A DNA stretch of 64,000 nt, taken from contig JAUCBJ010005949.1 in NCBI GenBank assembly GCA_032718475.1, positions 49,638-113,637 of the forward strand. The letters run 5' to 3'. This stretch comes from Nemertoderma westbladi (taxonomy: Eukaryota > Animalia > Xenacoelomorpha). How positions within the stretch are numbered: the stretch's first letter is position 1; each line of letters begins with the position of its first letter. The notes beneath the pieces are model-generated. The model searched no databases and had not been told where the DNA came from. It worked only from the letters and a program-made list of their open reading frames with translations. Of this stretch, positions 62,501 to 64,000 are shown piece after piece. Made by a program: the position numbers and the translations under genes.

Positions 62501-63661
62501 CTAAGAGACTCAGCTGCGGAGAAGCTAAATAGCGCGGGATTTGTTCTCTTTCAGGACGTTTGTATACAGAACTTACATTCATCTGTTATACAAAGACCCC
62601 GAATACCCACAGGTTATTCTGTCGTGGAAGTTCAGACAGTGGGTCCGCTTGCGGAGATAGCCGCACCTACCTCAGCTATGCAATTGGAAGACGAACCAAT
62701 ATGCTTAGAATCTGAACCGATCCAGCCTACAGCGCCCCGGAGCAGCGATAACGATTACGTCTTGGAGTGGTATCAAGGTCCACAATGTCTCACCGCATAC
62801 GATTATCGACACGCCAACTACGTTTCTCGAAAACGTTGTCGATTATGCGCATCGAGAGACCATTTCACCCCTATGGACTCAGACGTACCCTGCTCCTATT
62901 TCCACGAACAGCCGATGATGGAGATCTATTGTGCGTATTGCAGACTTAATAACTCGCATATTTTTGCAGTCTGCCCCCAATTTATGACCCAATGTCACCA
63001 CTGTCAACTTAAAGGACATGCCAGTTATAATTGCCCCTTTAACCGTGATTTAGAAAGCGTAGATGAGATGATTACCCTGCGCTACATCCGAGCTTGGGAA
63101 GCGAACGCGGATTTACATTGTGAGTCCCGCCATCGCTACTACCCTGGACGCTCTTATGAGGGAGTTTACGCGTTCCATCCTTATTTATTCGCGTCTGTGG
63201 AACAAAAAACACGCACACCGAGTTACGAACTAATGAAGCGTGTTGGTGAGTGTATTTCCACCAAATTTGTTCGAAAATATCTTAGGAATGTCAATCCTAA
63301 CGATATTACTTCATATCATTTGATCAATTTCATCCGTCAAGACCCTGAGTATGGCGATTTATTTATCAACTCGCACCCTGAGTTACAGGAAGTATCTCGA
63401 CGGCCCTACGAATATCGAGCCCGAGAACGCGAGCTGGAAAGAACCATTAAACCAAGGAAGTTTCTCACCACTCACGGTCCACCTACCGCCATTGTCCAGA
63501 CGACCCGTCAAGGACCCGTAGGAGCTGCTGTCCTAAGACGCGCCCTAAAGGCCGTTAGACCTCGCTCCACTGAAGTTGATATCGATCAACCAGGTACCTC
63601 GACCGGCGGATATACCGATCGTAATCCTAAACCTTCTGATGCAATTGTATTGCACCCTTAG
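59518..63661 (+). pseudogene. ORF2 of element C: DEDDy exonuclease-like plus zinc-knuckle protein, with one frameshift near 62297 and a truncated C-terminus
   Basis: ORFs 59518..62304 and 62336..63661; motifs GVVTYDNEG, LPQPVLEMLFNERILKIGSAVYGDL, FVDTQLIA, SIGHLAFQEYG; CHHCQLKGHASYNC knuckle. Confidence 0.85.
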
Positions 63662-64000
63662 TAGTATAAGAAGCATGGAGACTGGATAATGGTCACCCGT
63701 AGCCCATCATTACCATCCATTTTTGGTACTGCAGCCAATCAGAAGCCACCATTTCAACCTTTAGCGGTGGTCGTTATTATTTCAACCAATCAGATGTCAG
63801 CATTTCATCCGTAACCATGGTAACTTCTCAAGTTCCCGCTTATTCCGCTAGAGGCGTTATTAGTCCCCCGACGCTAGTACTGCATCCAATCACCAACCTT
63901 TATTTTACAGGTGTTCGGGTGTCTACACTTAGCATCAGGTAACTTCTACTATTTTTCAAATCGCTATTTTTCACCAACCATTGCATATTCATCTTCACAT
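63660..64000. other. Unrelated sequence interrupting element C, probably another repeat insertion
   Basis: Similarity to B stops abruptly after TTGCACCCTT; several CCAATCA motifs follow; identity unknown. Confidence 0.4.

Larger units (their letters stand above)
47042..63659 (+). mobile_element. Element C: BEL/Pao LTR retrotransposon closely related to B; 3' end interrupted or outside the window
   Basis: 5' LTR 47042-48190, long leader, gag-pol, spacer and ORF2, all collinear with B; no 3' LTR in the window. Confidence 0.92.

Noticed and set aside
59518-63661. ORF2 as an env gene
   Set aside because: No signal peptide, fusion-protein pattern or transmembrane anchor; the motifs fit a nuclease with zinc knuckles.

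Overview
Eukaryotic (probably invertebrate animal) DNA dominated by nested BEL/Pao LTR retrotransposons of one related group. An old decayed element D (5' LTR 801-2747, fragments to about 41410) carries two younger insertions. A (7926-19902, + strand, TSD GTAGT) is a non-autonomous Gag-protease derivative. B (20304-38891, - strand, TSD CCTCT) has an intact 2426-aa gag-pol. A solo LTR (43150-44293, TSD GAGGC) sits in a 40-bp minisatellite, and element C starts at 47042 and is interrupted at about 63660. A 240-aa probable host ORF (45826-46548, -) and its flank are duplicated at the window start. Main observation: none of these elements has a tRNA primer-binding site. Instead the 11-12 nt right after each 5' LTR are the exact complement of a fixed site inside the same LTR, and the pair co-varies across three LTR subfamilies, which points to self-priming. 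The LTRs also show a conserved co-varying RNA structure. The elements carry, in place of env, an extra ORF of about 1,420 aa with a DEDDy (WRN/EXD/mut-7-like) 3'-5' exonuclease-like domain and zinc knuckles. All alignments and pairings were done by eye, with no database searches.
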